Positions 1-11,000 of a stretch of 64,000 nucleotides of DNA are shown here, piece after piece. Numbering within the stretch: the stretch's first letter is position 1; every line of letters begins with the position of its first letter. The stretch is taken from NCBI GenBank assembly GCA_035531375.1, contig DATKSZ010000017.1, positions 2,017-66,016 on the forward strand. The letters are read 5' to 3'. This stretch comes from Terriglobales bacterium. GTDB taxonomy: Bacteria; Acidobacteriota; Terriglobia; Terriglobales; SCQP01. A program made the position numbers and the translations under genes. The notes beneath the pieces are model-generated. The model was not told where the DNA came from. It made no database searches and saw only the letters and a program-made list of their open reading frames with translations.

Positions 1-1426
1 CCGCCCACGACCCGCGGGTCGCCCGCAGCGCCGGCGCCAGCCCCACCAGCACCCCCGTGGCCAGCGTGAGCCCCAGCGTGAAAGCCAGCATCCTGCCGTC
101 CAGGCTCAGGTTCAACTGCACCGGCACCGCCGGCGTGGACCAGTAGCTCTCCAGCGCCCGGCACGCCCACACCGCCAAGCCCGCGCCCAGCGCCGTGCCG
201 CCGCCAGACAGCAGCAGGCTCTCGGTCAGCAGTTGCCGCACCAGCCGGGCCCGCGACGCTCCCAGCGCCAAGCGGGTGGCGATCTCCGCCCGCCGCGCCG
301 CGGCCCGCGCCAGCATCAGCCCCGCCAAATTCGCGCACGCCACCAGCAGCACCAGCCCGGCGATCGCCAACAGCACCTTAAGTGGCAGCCCATAGCGCCC
401 AGCCACCCGGGGAACTCCCTGCCCCACCGGCTGCAAGCTCGCCCGGCGTCGCAGGAAGCGTTGTTGCATCGCCGGCGGCCACTGCGGCAAGCTGGCCCGC
501 ATCCAATCGGACATCGCCGCGTTCAGCCGCGCCGCCGCCACCGCTGTGCTCTCGTCCGGTCGCAGCCGCCCTGCCACCATCAGCCACCACGCGTCGCGCA
601 CGTCCAGCATCGGGTGCGCATCCACGATGCCCTCCGAGCACAGCGGCACGGCCACGTCGAAGCGGGTGCCCACATCCATGCCAAAGAATCCGGCGGGCGT
701 TACCCCGATCACCTGAAAACGATGTCCGTCGAGCGACAGGCTCGACCCCAATGCCGAGGCCGCCCCGCCAAAGTGCTCCCGCCAAAACCCATCGCTGATG
801 TCCGCCACCGCAGTGCAGCCGCGCACGTCGTCGCCCTTCCCAAACAGCCTCCCGATCGCTGGGCGCACACCCAGCGTGCGGAAATATTCGCCGCTGGCCT
901 CGATGCCCGGAATGGTCGCCGCTTGCCCGCCGTTGCTCAGGTTGAACTCGAAGATGTTCCAGGCGAACACCCCGCCGAAGGCGGCGTGGTGGTCGCGCAC
1001 CTGCTCCCACATGGGGTTGGTGAACGCGAGCGACGGCCGCCCCGTCTGGGGGTCGCCGGTCAAGACCTGCACCAACTGTTCCGGATGCGCCACCGGCAGT
1101 GAGCGCAGCAGCACCGCGTCGGTGAGCGAAAACAGCGCCGCGTTGGCGCCGATGCCCAGCGTCAGCGACAGCAGCGCCAAGCCCGTGGCTACCGGCGTGC
1201 GCGCCAGCAGCCGCAGCGCGTGGCGCACATCCTGGCCCAACGTCTCCAGCCACGTCCATCCCCACATCGCTTGGCTCCTTTCCCGCAGCAGCAGCTCGTT
1301 GCCAAATCGCTTGGGGTCGGCCCGCAGCTCGCGGTGCAGCCGCATCTCCTCTTCCAGCTCGCGCCGCCAGCGCCGCCGCCCCGCCAACATCCGCAATCGC
1401 CGTCCGAGTTCGCCGATTGTGCTCAT
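1..1426 (-). CDS. ABC transporter permease, FtsX/MacB-like (duplicated-permease type common next to PadR in Acidobacteria); C-terminal part runs off the left edge
   Basis: Absent from the ORF track because it is open at the window edge. My minus-strand translation from ATG 1426..1424 reads [38 protein letters not shown]..., then a TM helix [19 protein letters not shown], a long periplasmic stretch, and the FtsX block [45 protein letters not shown]. No stop down to position 2. It starts 5 nt after the PadR stop. Confidence 0.8.
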   Translation of the reverse strand, partial: MSTIGELGRRLRMLAGRRRWRRELEEEMRLHRELRADPKRFGNELLLRERSQAMWGWTWLETLGQDVRHALRLLARTPVATGLALLSLTLGIGANAALFSLTDAVLLRSLPVAHPEQLVQVLTGDPQTGRPSLAFTNPMWEQVRDHHAAFGGVFAWNIFEFNLSNGGQAATIPGIEASGEYFRTLGVRPAIGRLFGKGDDVRGCTAVADISDGFWREHFGGAASALGSSLSLDGHRFQVIGVTPAGFFGMDVGTRFDVAVPLCSEGIVDAHPMLDVRDAWWLMVAGRLRPDESTAVAAARLNAAMSDWMRASLPQWPPAMQQRFLRRRASLQPVGQGVPRVAGRYGLPLKVLLAIAGLVLLVACANLAGLMLARAAARRAEIATRLALGASRARLVRQLLTESLLLSGGGTALGAGLAVWACRALESYWSTPAVPVQLNLSLDGRMLAFTLGLTLATGVLVGLAPALRATRGSWA

Positions 1427-1430
1427 CGCG

Positions 1431-1760
1431 CTACGCCGTCTGGATCACCCGCCCGATCGCCCCCATCACCCGCTCGAACTGCGCCAGCTCGACCCCCAAC
1501 TGCTTCCGCCCCGCCGCCGTGAGCCGGTAGTAGCGCGCGCGGCGGTTCTCGGCCGTCGCCCCCCACTCGCCCACGATCCAGCCCTTCAGCAGCATCCGCT
1601 GCAGCGCCGGATAGAGGGAGCCTTCTTCCACCCGCAGCACGTCCTCCGAAACACACTGGATCGAGTTGGCGATCTCGAAACCGTGCATCGGTTGGCTGCG
1701 CGCCAACGTGCGCAGGATCAGCAGCGTCAAGGTTCCGGGCGGGATCTCGTCGGGCCGCAA
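1431..1760 (-). CDS. PadR family transcriptional regulator
   Basis: 109 aa. [22 protein letters not shown]...[17 protein letters not shown]...[14 protein letters not shown] is the classic PadR winged-helix pattern. TTG start with GGAGAGGAG about 7 nt upstream. Confidence 0.9.
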   Translation of the reverse strand: MRPDEIPPGTLTLLILRTLARSQPMHGFEIANSIQCVSEDVLRVEEGSLYPALQRMLLKGWIVGEWGATAENRRARYYRLTAAGRKQLGVELAQFERVMGAIGRVIQTA

Positions 1761-1777
1761 GGGGCGCTCCTCTCCGA

Positions 1778-1798
1778 TGGCATAGATAGACTATGCCA
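1778..1798. promoter_or_regulatory. Perfect 8-bp inverted repeat TGGCATAG-N5-CTATGCCA, candidate PadR operator
   Basis: Read directly at 1778..1798. It lies just upstream of the PadR Shine-Dalgarno, in the 97-bp divergent region shared with the 1858..2172 gene. Confidence 0.45.
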
Positions 1799-1857
1799 GG
1801 CGGAAAAGGAAAGCAAGCGGCGCGAATTCGGCATCTGAGGGCGATAGGAGTAGCCCC

Positions 1858-2172
1858 ATGCGCATGCTGATGAAGGTGAAGATCCCCACCGACCAGGGCA
1901 ACCGCCTGGTCCGCGAAGGCAAATTGGGCGCCTTGTTGCGCTCGATGATCGAGGAGCTGAAGCCCGAGGCGGTGTACTTTTACGAAGACCATGGCCAGCG
2001 CACCGGCCTGTTGGTCGCCGACCTCGCCGAACCGTCGCAGATCCCGCGCGTCGCCGAACCCTTCTTCCTGGCGCTGCACGCGGAGGTGGAGATGCACCCG
2101 GCGATGACGCCCCAGGACCTGGCCAAGGCCGAGGCGGACCTGCAGCGCGCCGCGCAGAAGTACCCGGCCTGA
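1858..2172 (+). CDS. Small conserved hypothetical protein (104 aa)
   Basis: ATG start preceded by TAGGAG. Composition looks coding (MKVKIPTDQGNRLVREGKLGALLRSMIEELKPEAVYFYEDHGQRTG...). I cannot assign a family with confidence. Confidence 0.5.
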   Translation: MRMLMKVKIPTDQGNRLVREGKLGALLRSMIEELKPEAVYFYEDHGQRTGLLVADLAEPSQIPRVAEPFFLALHAEVEMHPAMTPQDLAKAEADLQRAAQKYPA

Positions 2173-2183
2173 CCTCCGCTGTC

Positions 2184-3383
2184 TTAGGGCTGGCGGATGG
2201 CCGCCACGCGCTGGCCGGGGCGCAGCTCGTCGTCGCCGGGCACCACCGCGCGGTCGCCGGGCTGGAGCGGGTTGCCGGCGGCGGCGAAGACCTCGAGCTC
2301 GCCGTCGTGGCTGAAGCCGGTGGTGACGTCCACCCAGCGCAGCGCGCCATCCGCGCCGACCACCTCGACGAAAGAGCGTTCGCTGGTCTTCAACACCGCC
2401 GCAATCGGCACGAACAGCGTCGGGTCTTCGCGCTGGAAGCTCCAGGCGACGTGGGCGAACATGCCCGGCGCCAGGGCGAGGTCGGGGTTGGCCACGTCCA
2501 GCTCGATCGGCATGGTGCGGGTCTCGCGCCGCACGCTATGGGCGATGCGCGCCACCGTGCCCTCGAATCGCCGCCCGGGCTGGCTGCTGACGGTGAAGGG
2601 CAGGCGCAGCCCAAGCTGCATGCCCACCGCCTCGGCCTCGGGCACGTCAATCACCAGGCGCAGGGGATCAAGTTGCTGCAGCTCGAACAGGGGAGCGGCG
2701 CTGGGTCCGGCCAAGGCGCCCTCGCTGGCGCCGCGGCGAACCACGACCCCGCGAAATGGCGCCACCACGCGCAGATAGCCCTCGAGCGCCACCTGGGACT
2801 TCAGCATCTCTTGGGCCGCCTCTTCGGCGGCCTGACGGGAGGAGACCTCGGCCTGGTCGGCGGCGACCGTCTGCTCGGCCACGTGGATATCGTTGCCCGC
2901 CACTGCGCCCGCCGCCGCTGCCGCCGCTCCGCGGAGCCGCTGCAGCGTGACTTGGTCGCGCTCCAGCGCGGCGCTGGCCTCCAGCCGCAGCGCCCGCGCC
3001 GAGCCCAGCCGGTGCTCGGCCTCGGCCCGCTGGGCCACCAGATCCGGAGCCTCCAGCTCCGCCAGCAGTTGCCCGCTGGCCACGCGGCTGCCGCGGTCGG
3101 CGTAAAGCCGGCGGATGAAGCCCGCCACCCGCGCCTGCAGCATTACGTCTTGGTAGGCGCTTAGCTCCGCCGGCAGCGCCTCGGAGATGCGCGGACGCTC
3201 GCTGCGCACTGCGGCCACCGTTACCGGGCGCGGCGCGCCGGCGTTCGCCGGCAGCGGACTCGAATCGGCGCGGCAACCGGCGCCCATCAGGGCGGCCAGT
3301 GCGAGGGTCAACAGCAGGCAAGCGCTAGACTTCGGCAAGCGACTCCTCCATGGCGGCGTCGCCCTCGTCCAACGAGGGCGCAT
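2184..3383 (-). CDS. Efflux RND transporter periplasmic adaptor subunit (MFP/HlyD family), probable lipoprotein
   Basis: Lipobox-like LALAALMGAGC, a coiled-coil hairpin region, and beta-barrel C-terminal motifs (RLVIDVPE..., VVGADGALRWVDVTTG). An alternative TTG start at 3338 follows GGAGGAG. The gene overlaps the end of the RND gene. Confidence 0.85.
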   Translation of the reverse strand: MRPRWTRATPPWRSRLPKSSACLLLTLALAALMGAGCRADSSPLPANAGAPRPVTVAAVRSERPRISEALPAELSAYQDVMLQARVAGFIRRLYADRGSRVASGQLLAELEAPDLVAQRAEAEHRLGSARALRLEASAALERDQVTLQRLRGAAAAAAGAVAGNDIHVAEQTVAADQAEVSSRQAAEEAAQEMLKSQVALEGYLRVVAPFRGVVVRRGASEGALAGPSAAPLFELQQLDPLRLVIDVPEAEAVGMQLGLRLPFTVSSQPGRRFEGTVARIAHSVRRETRTMPIELDVANPDLALAPGMFAHVAWSFQREDPTLFVPIAAVLKTSERSFVEVVGADGALRWVDVTTGFSHDGELEVFAAAGNPLQPGDRAVVPGDDELRPGQRVAAIRQP

Positions 3384-6300
3384 GTACCCCTTGGCGCCGC
3401 AGCAGCGCGGCGTAGACCGCGGGCATGATCAGCAGCGTGCTGGCGGTTGAGGCAGCCAGCCCGCCAATCACCGCCTGCCCCAGCGGCGCACTCTGCCCGC
3501 CGCCCGATTCCCAGGCCAGCGCCATCGGCACCATGCCGGCGATCATGGCGCTGGCGGTCATCAGAATGGGCCGCAAGCGCAGGCCCACCGCCTCCTCCGC
3601 CGCCGCCAGTGCCGCCCGCTGTCGGCGCTCGCTTTCGCTGCCGGCCGCCTCGGCATACACCGCCCGCCGCCGGCTCTCCGCCACCGTCACCAGCAGAATG
3701 CCGTTGGCCACCGAGATGCCGATGGCGGTGATGATGCCCATAAACGACTCGATGTTCAGGCTGGAACCGAAGGCGCAGAGCACCGCCAAGGCCCCCGCCA
3801 GCAGCGCCGGCACCGCCGACAGCACCACCAGCGCCAGCCGCCACGACTGGAAGCTGGCGGTCAGCAGCAGCAGAATCACCCCCACTGCCAGCGCCAGGCC
3901 AACGCGCAGCCCCGACAGAGTATCGTCCATGGGCTGCACCTGCCCCACCACGGCGACGTGGGTGCCATGCGGCGGCGGCGGCAAGGCCGCGATCGCTTGG
4001 CGCACCGCCGCCGCCGCGTCACCCAGGCTGGCGCCGTGGACATTGGCGGTGAGGCTAATCATGCGCTGCATGTTGAAGTGGTCGTACTCGCCCCGCACCT
4101 CGCCCAAATGCGTCTGGGCCACATCGCCCAGCAGAATCGGCTTGCTCGCTCCCTCTCCGCCAGCCGAAGGCGCCTCCGCCAGCGGAATGTTATTGAGCGC
4201 GTCCAGGCTGGCCATGCCGCCGGGCGGCAGCAGCACCTGCACCTGATAGGTCAGCCCGCTGGCCGGGTCTTGCCAGAAATTGCGCGCCACGAAGCGGCTG
4301 GAGGCGGTGGCCTCGGTGAGCGAACGCCCGATCTGGCCCAGATTCAACCCCAGGTCGGCGGCGCGCTGGCGGTCCACGTCCACCAGCACCGCCGGATAGG
4401 CATAGGGCTGGCCAAATTGCAGGTCGCGCAGCCAGGGTACCGCCGCCAGCGCTTGCCTTAGCCCCTCGGCGTAGTCGTGGTCGGCGGCGAGGTCGAAGCC
4501 GGTGACGTTGACGGCGATGGGCGTGGGCGAACTCAGGTTCATCATCTGTCCGATGATGTCGCCGGCTTCAAAGGATACCGCCACCTCCGGCAACTCTCGC
4601 CGATAAGCGGCGCGCAGGCGTTCCTCGAAGGCGGCCAGTGCCAGCCCCGACCCCGGCCGTAGCGCCACCTGCATCACCGCTTCCTGCGGCCCGCTGGTCC
4701 AGAGATAGATGGTGTTGACCGGATACGAGCGCGGCTGCGTGCCGACAAAGCCCAGCGACGTCGCCAAGTTCCCCGGGCCCGCCTCGCGCCCAAGAATGGC
4801 CAGCGCCCGTTGGTAATACGCCTCGGTGCGCTTCAGCCGGGTGCCGGCGGGGGCGCGCAGGCGCAGTTGAAACTGCCCGGTGTCGGCGGTGGGAAACACG
4901 TCCGTCCCGGCCACCCGCACCAAGCCCGCGATCATCGCCAACGCCACGACAAAGTAGAGCGGCAGCGCCCAGCGCCGTCGCGCGGCCAGCCCCGCCGCCG
5001 CCCGCATCGCCCGCCGCCGCACCCGCTCGAAGCCCGCCCCGTCTGCCGGCGGCGCGTGCGCGGCCGGGGCCAACTGCCAAACCGTCAGCACCGGCACCAG
5101 CGTCAGCGACAGCGCCAGCGAGGCCAGCATCGCCAACCCCACCGCCAGGCTAAGGGGCACAAACAGCGAGCGGCTGATGCCGCTCATGAACAGTGACGGC
5201 AAAAACACCGCCGCCACCGCCAGCATGGCCAACACCTGCGGCCCCAGGATCTCCGCCCCCGCCGCGACCACCGCCCGCGCCGGCGGCGCCCCCCGCGCCA
5301 GATGGGTGTGGATGTTCTCCATCGCCACCGTGGCCTCGTCCACCAAAATGCCGATGGCCAGCGCCAGCCCGCCCACCGTCATCAGGTTGAGGCTCTGGCC
5401 CAGCGCCCACAGGCCCGCTACCGCCGCCAGCAGCGCGAAGGGGATCACCAGCACCACGATCACCGCGCTGCGCCGGTCGCGCAAGAACAGCCACACCACC
5501 AGCCCGGTCAGCCCCGCCCCCAGCACGCCGTCCACCAGCAGCGCCAGCAGCGCATCGCGCACGTACACCGACTGGTCGAAGGCGAACTCGACCTGCACGT
5601 CGCTCGGCACCTGCTCGCGCATCAGCGGCAGCGCCGCCCGCACCTCGCCCACCACGCGCAGGGTCGAGGCCTGCGCGTGCTTGGTCACCGGCATGTAGAC
5701 CACCCGCCGGCCGTTCAGCTCGGCGTAGCCGCTGACCACATCCGCCGCGTCGGAGATGCTGGCCACGTCGCGCAGCAGCACAGCGCCGCGCGAGCCGTTG
5801 CGCAGCGGCAGCTCCAGCAATTGCTGATAGGCCGCAACCACGGAGTTGACGTGTACGATGCGGTTGTAGTCGCCCATGCGGGCGTTGCCGCTGGGCAGCA
5901 CGGCGTTGCCCGCCACCACCGCCCGCACCACGTCGTCGGGCGCGAGGTGGTGCGCCGCCATCTGGTCGGGATTGAGCGTGACGATGATGCTGCGCGGGTT
6001 GCCGCCAAATGGCGGCGGCGCCGACACCCCCGCCAGCGAGGCGAACAGCGGCCGGATGCGCGCCTGTGCCAGATCGTCCAGCTCGGCCTGCGAGCGCTGC
6101 GGGCTCGACAGGATCAGATCCCCCACCGGCAGGCTGCCGGCGTCGTAGCGCATCACAAACGGCGGCACCGTGCCGCTGGGCATGTAGGCCAGGGCGCGCG
6201 CGATGTAGGCGGTGGTCTCTGCCGACGCCTGGCTCATATCGGTGCCGGGGTGAAAGCTCAGCTTGATCAGGCCCACGTTCTGGATCGAGCGCGACTCCAC

Positions 6301-6537
6301 CCGCTCCACCCCGGAGATGAACAGGAAGTTGGCCTCGTAGTAGTTGACGATGTAGCCCTCCATCTCCACCGGCGCCATGCCGCCGTAGGGCTGGGCCACG
6401 TAGATCACCGGAACATCGAGGCGGGGAAACACGTCAATCGGCATGCGCGTCACCGCCATCACCGCCAGCGCGACGAGCGCCGCCACTACCACCGCCACGC
6501 TCACCGGGCGCCGCAGCGCGGCTTGGATCAGGCGCAT
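3325..6537 (-). CDS. Efflux RND transporter permease subunit (AcrB/HAE-type, about 1070 aa)
   Basis: The ORF track extends to 6672. The conserved N-terminus MRLIQAALRRPVSVAVVVAALVALAVMAVTRMPIDVFP starts at ATG 6537, one nt after the OMF stop. 12-TM architecture with two large loops. Confidence 0.9.
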   Translation of the reverse strand: MRLIQAALRRPVSVAVVVAALVALAVMAVTRMPIDVFPRLDVPVIYVAQPYGGMAPVEMEGYIVNYYEANFLFISGVERVESRSIQNVGLIKLSFHPGTDMSQASAETTAYIARALAYMPSGTVPPFVMRYDAGSLPVGDLILSSPQRSQAELDDLAQARIRPLFASLAGVSAPPPFGGNPRSIIVTLNPDQMAAHHLAPDDVVRAVVAGNAVLPSGNARMGDYNRIVHVNSVVAAYQQLLELPLRNGSRGAVLLRDVASISDAADVVSGYAELNGRRVVYMPVTKHAQASTLRVVGEVRAALPLMREQVPSDVQVEFAFDQSVYVRDALLALLVDGVLGAGLTGLVVWLFLRDRRSAVIVVLVIPFALLAAVAGLWALGQSLNLMTVGGLALAIGILVDEATVAMENIHTHLARGAPPARAVVAAGAEILGPQVLAMLAVAAVFLPSLFMSGISRSLFVPLSLAVGLAMLASLALSLTLVPVLTVWQLAPAAHAPPADGAGFERVRRRAMRAAAGLAARRRWALPLYFVVALAMIAGLVRVAGTDVFPTADTGQFQLRLRAPAGTRLKRTEAYYQRALAILGREAGPGNLATSLGFVGTQPRSYPVNTIYLWTSGPQEAVMQVALRPGSGLALAAFEERLRAAYRRELPEVAVSFEAGDIIGQMMNLSSPTPIAVNVTGFDLAADHDYAEGLRQALAAVPWLRDLQFGQPYAYPAVLVDVDRQRAADLGLNLGQIGRSLTEATASSRFVARNFWQDPASGLTYQVQVLLPPGGMASLDALNNIPLAEAPSAGGEGASKPILLGDVAQTHLGEVRGEYDHFNMQRMISLTANVHGASLGDAAAAVRQAIAALPPPPHGTHVAVVGQVQPMDDTLSGLRVGLALAVGVILLLLTASFQSWRLALVVLSAVPALLAGALAVLCAFGSSLNIESFMGIITAIGISVANGILLVTVAESRRRAVYAEAAGSESERRQRAALAAAEEAVGLRLRPILMTASAMIAGMVPMALAWESGGGQSAPLGQAVIGGLAASTASTLLIMPAVYAALLRRQGVHAPSLDEGDAAMEESLAEV

Positions 6538-6538
6538 C

Positions 6539-7939
6539 TCAATGCCCTCCCACCGCCGCCAAGAACGGCCCCAGGTCGCCGGCGGCGTAGGCGCACTCCA
6601 AGAGCGCCCGCCAGACCTGCAATTGGCTGAGGGCGGCATCGCTCTCCGCCTGCGCCAGCAACTGCTCGGCATTGGCCAGATCCACCACGCCCGCCAGCCC
6701 GGCCTGGTAGCGCACCCGCGCCTGCGCCTCGCCCGCTTGCGCCGCCGTCAATTCCACCGGCGACTCTTGGGCCACCGCGCTCGCCGACTGCAGGTCGGCC
6801 GCCGCCCGCCGCCGCCCCGCCTCCAGCGCGTCTTCCACCTGGCGCTGGCGCGCCTGTTCGGAGCGCAGTTGCGCCGCCGCCGCGGTCTGTTGCGCGCGGG
6901 CGGCGCGCCAGCGGGTGAAGGAAAAGTCTGTGCCCAGGCCGATCGCCCAGTTGCCCGCCGTGGTCGGCGCCAGCCCCACCGCCCCGCCGGCCAGTTGGCC
7001 CGGACCCAGCGTGCCGCTGCCCCGCCCGTAGGCGCTGGCCAGCGCCTACCAGCGCGGCAGCGCGGCGCGCGCCGCTTCGTTTTGCTGCGCCAGCGCCGCC
7101 CCCACCGCATCCTGCTGCGCCCGTGCCTGGGGATGGACGGCGGCCGGGACCGGTGCCGCCGCCATGGCGGGCGCGGCCGCCCCCGGCTTCGTCAGCCAAC
7201 GGCGCGCGCTCAGCCCCGGCAGCGCTCCGCGCCAGCCCAGCGCCTCCGCCAGGTTGGCTTGCGCCGTGGCCAGGTTGCCCTCCGCCTGGCTGAGCCGGAT
7301 GCGCGCCCCGGCGCGTTCGGCGTCGGCGCGCGATGCGTCTGCGCCGGGCCGAAGCTGCTGGTCCACCAAGGCGTGCACGCTGCCGGCCAGTTGCAGCCAC
7401 CGCTCCAAGTCGGCCCGCGCCACCTGCGCCTGCTCCTCGGCGGCGACCACGCTCAAGTAGGCGTCGGCGGCGTGCGCGCCCACCTGCAGTCGCGCCAGCG
7501 CCGCTTGATCCTGGGCACCCGCCGCCAACTCCTGGTAATAGCGCACATTGGCGGCCCGCCGCCCGAAGTCGGCCACCTCCCAGCTAAAGTACACCCCGGC
7601 GGCGTTGGTCCAAGCGCTGCGCTGGGAATAGTCGCCCGCCGGCACCGTGCCGCTAATCGAGGGCAGCGGGCTGGGAAAGGCCAAGCCCAAACTGGCGTTG
7701 TCGGTGCCCCGGTCCCACTGGCCCGCCAGCCCCGCCGCCGGCCATAAGCTGGTCGCGGCCACTCCCGCCTCGGCCTGCGCCCGCACCGCCGCTTGTTGCG
7801 CCGCCTCGATACCGGGATAGTGCCCCCAAGCGCTTGCCACCGCCTCGGCCAGCCCCAGCCCGCCCGTCTGCGCCCCCGCCGCCAGGGCGAGTGCCAGGCC
7901 CCAAGTTGCCCCCCTGCACCCCGCGGTTCTGATTGCCAT
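6539..7939 (-). pseudogene. TolC-like outer membrane efflux factor (OMF) interrupted by one in-frame TAG at 7046..7048
   Basis: ORFs 7046..7939 and 6539..6979 are in the same frame ((7045-6979)=66 nt). The joined product is 467 codons with OMF-type repeats. Context is ...AARAALPRW*ALASAYGRGSGTLGPG... Confidence 0.75.
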
Positions 7940-8007
7940 GCGACCCTTGGACGCTATTTAGATCAGTAAGGTTACATGATCGCAATGATCTGTACGCCCA
8001 AAGCCGA

Positions 8008-8041
8008 AGGGGCCCGCCCCGCGGATGCGGAACGGGCCCCT
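8008..8041 (-). terminator. Stem-loop downstream of the TonB-dependent receptor gene
   Basis: AGGGGCCCG...CGGGCCCCT outer stem with inner CCGC-GGAT-GCGG, 25 nt past the stop at 8066. Only a short T-run follows on the minus strand, so it is not a textbook intrinsic terminator. Confidence 0.4.
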
Positions 8042-8065
8042 CCAGCAACCTTATTGTATTGGTGG

Positions 8066-11000
8066 CTAAAACGTCAGCCGAAAGCCGACCTGCGCGGCGA
8101 ACGGAATGCCCACCGTCGTGCCCGGCCCAAAGAAGTCGCCCAGCGCTCCCGCCGGCACCCGCAACTGGTTCAGACTGGTGATGGCCTGCGTCTGGCTGCA
8201 GCTTGCGTTCAGGCAGAAGGCGGTGGCGTTGGTCAGATCATTCACCGGCACCGGCAGCGCCGAGAGGTCGGCGACGTAGTTGTTGCCCGGGTTGTTGCGG
8301 TTGAACAGGTTGAAAAACTCGACGAAGGGCGTCCCGGTCACGTGCTCGTGCACGAAGGGCCGCGAGACGCGCAGATCCACCTGGGAGTAGGGCGAGCCGC
8401 GGAACTGGTCTAGGCTGGTCTGCACGCCGTTGACCACGGCCCGGTCGTTGGTGGGGTCGCCCACGCCATTTACCGAGGCTGGCGTGGTCAGGGTGAAGGG
8501 ACGGGCGCTCTCGGCTTGCGCCAGCAGGCTGAGCTCGAGTCCACCCGGGGCGTAGTAGGTGCCCGCCACCACCAGGCGATGGCGCACGTCTTCGCCCGAC
8601 GGGCCGTAATCGCCCGGCGCAAAGGCGTTCAGCGGATTGCACACGCCGTTGACGTAGTCAAACAGTTCCCCCACCACGCAGCCCCAGGTACTGGCGCTGG
8701 CGAAGGTGTAGTTGGCCACCAGGTTGAGCCGCCGATTGATATTGCCCTGTAGGTGCACCGCCAGGGCGTCGTAGCGGGAGCGGTTGTCGGTGCGGAAGAC
8801 GCTGACATCGGGTACCAGGGCGCGCTGGTCGGCCACGTCCTGCGCCGCCAGCGGCGAGAACAGGGTATAGCCGGCGGTGTACTCGTAGCGGCGATAGGCG
8901 TGGTTGCCCTCTTCGTGGGTGAAGTCGGCCGCCAGCGTCCAGTTCGGAGTGAAGGCGTGCTGCACCCCCGCCGTAGCCTGCAGCGCGTAGGGCGTCTTGT
9001 AGTTGGGATCAATCAACGCCCCCACCCCGCCCAAATCGCCCCCCGGCAGGCAACCGGGGTCGCCGGGCGCGGCGCAGGCCACCGGCGGCGCATTGACCGC
9101 CTGCAGCGCCGACACCCAGCCGTTTTGCGCCAAATCGTTGTAGAGCAGCGCGCCCCCAGCCCGCAGCACCGTGTCGCGGTTCTTGCCTAGGGCGTAGACC
9201 AGCCCCAGCCGCGGCGCGAAGTTCTTGCGGTAGTCGTGGGGCACGCCCCGGAAAAAGGGCACTTGCAGCGCCGCCAGTGTCAGCAGCGCCGGGTTGCCCG
9301 CCTGGCTGCGGCCGGAAGCGGTGAACAGCCCAAACGTCGTGTCGTAGCGCAGCCCGTAGTTGACCACCAGCCGGTCGGTGGCATGCCAGGAGTCGTCCAT
9401 GAACACCCCCAGCCGCTGCACGTTTTGCGAAAAGCTGCCGTCGCCGGCCGGGGTGTTGGTGCAGCTCGTGCCCGGCGTGGCGTTGGCGGCGCAGTTGAGG
9501 TCGGCGGTGAACTGCGCCGGATTGCCGGCGTAGGCGGTGGGGTTGAGCGCGAACAGGGTCAGGTTCTCCGCCGTGCCCGGCAGCGCTCCGCTCAGCACCG
9601 GCTCGTGGATGAAGTCCACGCCAAACTCGGGCGCGTGCGAGCCGGCAGTGTGGCTGACGGTGTAGCGCAGCTCGTACTTCTCCTGGTTGCGCATTACCGG
9701 AAAGGCGGTGATGGGGGTGACGAACTGGTTGTCGCCGAAGGTCTCGAAGCCGCTGATGGTGCTGGCGGTGGCGCTGAAGGGAAACGCCAGGGCGTAACCC
9801 AGGTTGGTGTTGCGCTCCTCGGTGTGGTGCAGATAGCTGGCGTCGAAGACGAACGAACCCAGCCAATTGGGGTTGAAGATGTACTGCTGGCTCAGCACGC
9901 CGTTCAGGTAGTTGGAGTGCGAGGTGGCGCCGGTCGAGCCCAGCGTCGCCTGCTGCACCAAGTCGTTGCGGGTGAGATAGCTGTCGCTCGACAGCCGCAC
10001 AAACCACTGCGAGCGCGCCGACTGCGACCAGTCCAGCCGGGTCGACGCCATTAGGTCATGGAAGGGCACCGGAGTGCTGTTGGACGTCGCGATCGAGTTC
10101 ACCCCCGGCAGCAGCCCCTGGCCGGCCAGTCCCGCCAGCGCCTGGAATTGCTGCAGGCTGGCCGGGCTGTAGGCGATGCTGGCGGCTTCGTTGACGTACT
10201 CCAGCGAGTTGAAGGTCCAGAGCTTGCCGGACTTGATCGGCCCGCCCAACGTGCCCACGTAGTTTTGCCGCGAAAAGGGCTGCTTGGGGTCGGGGGCGGG
10301 ATTGTCAATCGGGAAGCGGGCGTTGAGCGCCGAGCCGCGCGCGTAAATGCCCGCCAACCCGTGCCACTGGTCGGTGCCGCGCTTGGTGGTCACCACCACC
10401 GAGCCCGCCGTGGTGCCGCCGGTGTCGGCGGCTTCGCCCGCCGTCCGCACCACAAACTCCTGGATGGCGTCGGGGGAGAAATTCTGCAAAAAGCCGCCAA
10501 TGTAGTCGTCCGAGTTGTTGCCCCCGTCCACCGATTGGGTCACGTTCAGCCCCGAGCTGCCGCCAAAGCTGACCGCGGTGATGCGCGCCTTGGTGGGGTC
10601 GCTGGGCTCGACCGGCTCGGTGCCGGGGGTGAGGTAGGCGATGTTGGCGAAGCTGCGCGCCGCCAAGGGGATGGTCGCCAGATCGTGCGCCGTCACCACG
10701 CCTTGCTCCACCGCGCTGGTGGTGTCGAGCGGCTGGGTGGTGATGGAGCTGGCTTCGCCGCGCACCGTCACGCTCTGCTGCCCGCTGGCCGGCGTCAGCC
10801 GCACCTCCACCGCCTGGGGCGAGCCCACCACCACCCGCACCGCGGCGTGGGCAGCGGCGAAGCCGGGGGCCGTGACCGTGAGCTCGTAGCTGCCCGGCAG
10901 CAGCGCCAGCATGCGGAAGTCGCCGTGCACGTCCGCCGTCGCCTGGCGGCTCAGCGTCGTTCCGGGCTCGTGCGCCACCACCTTGGCCCCCGGTACCCGC

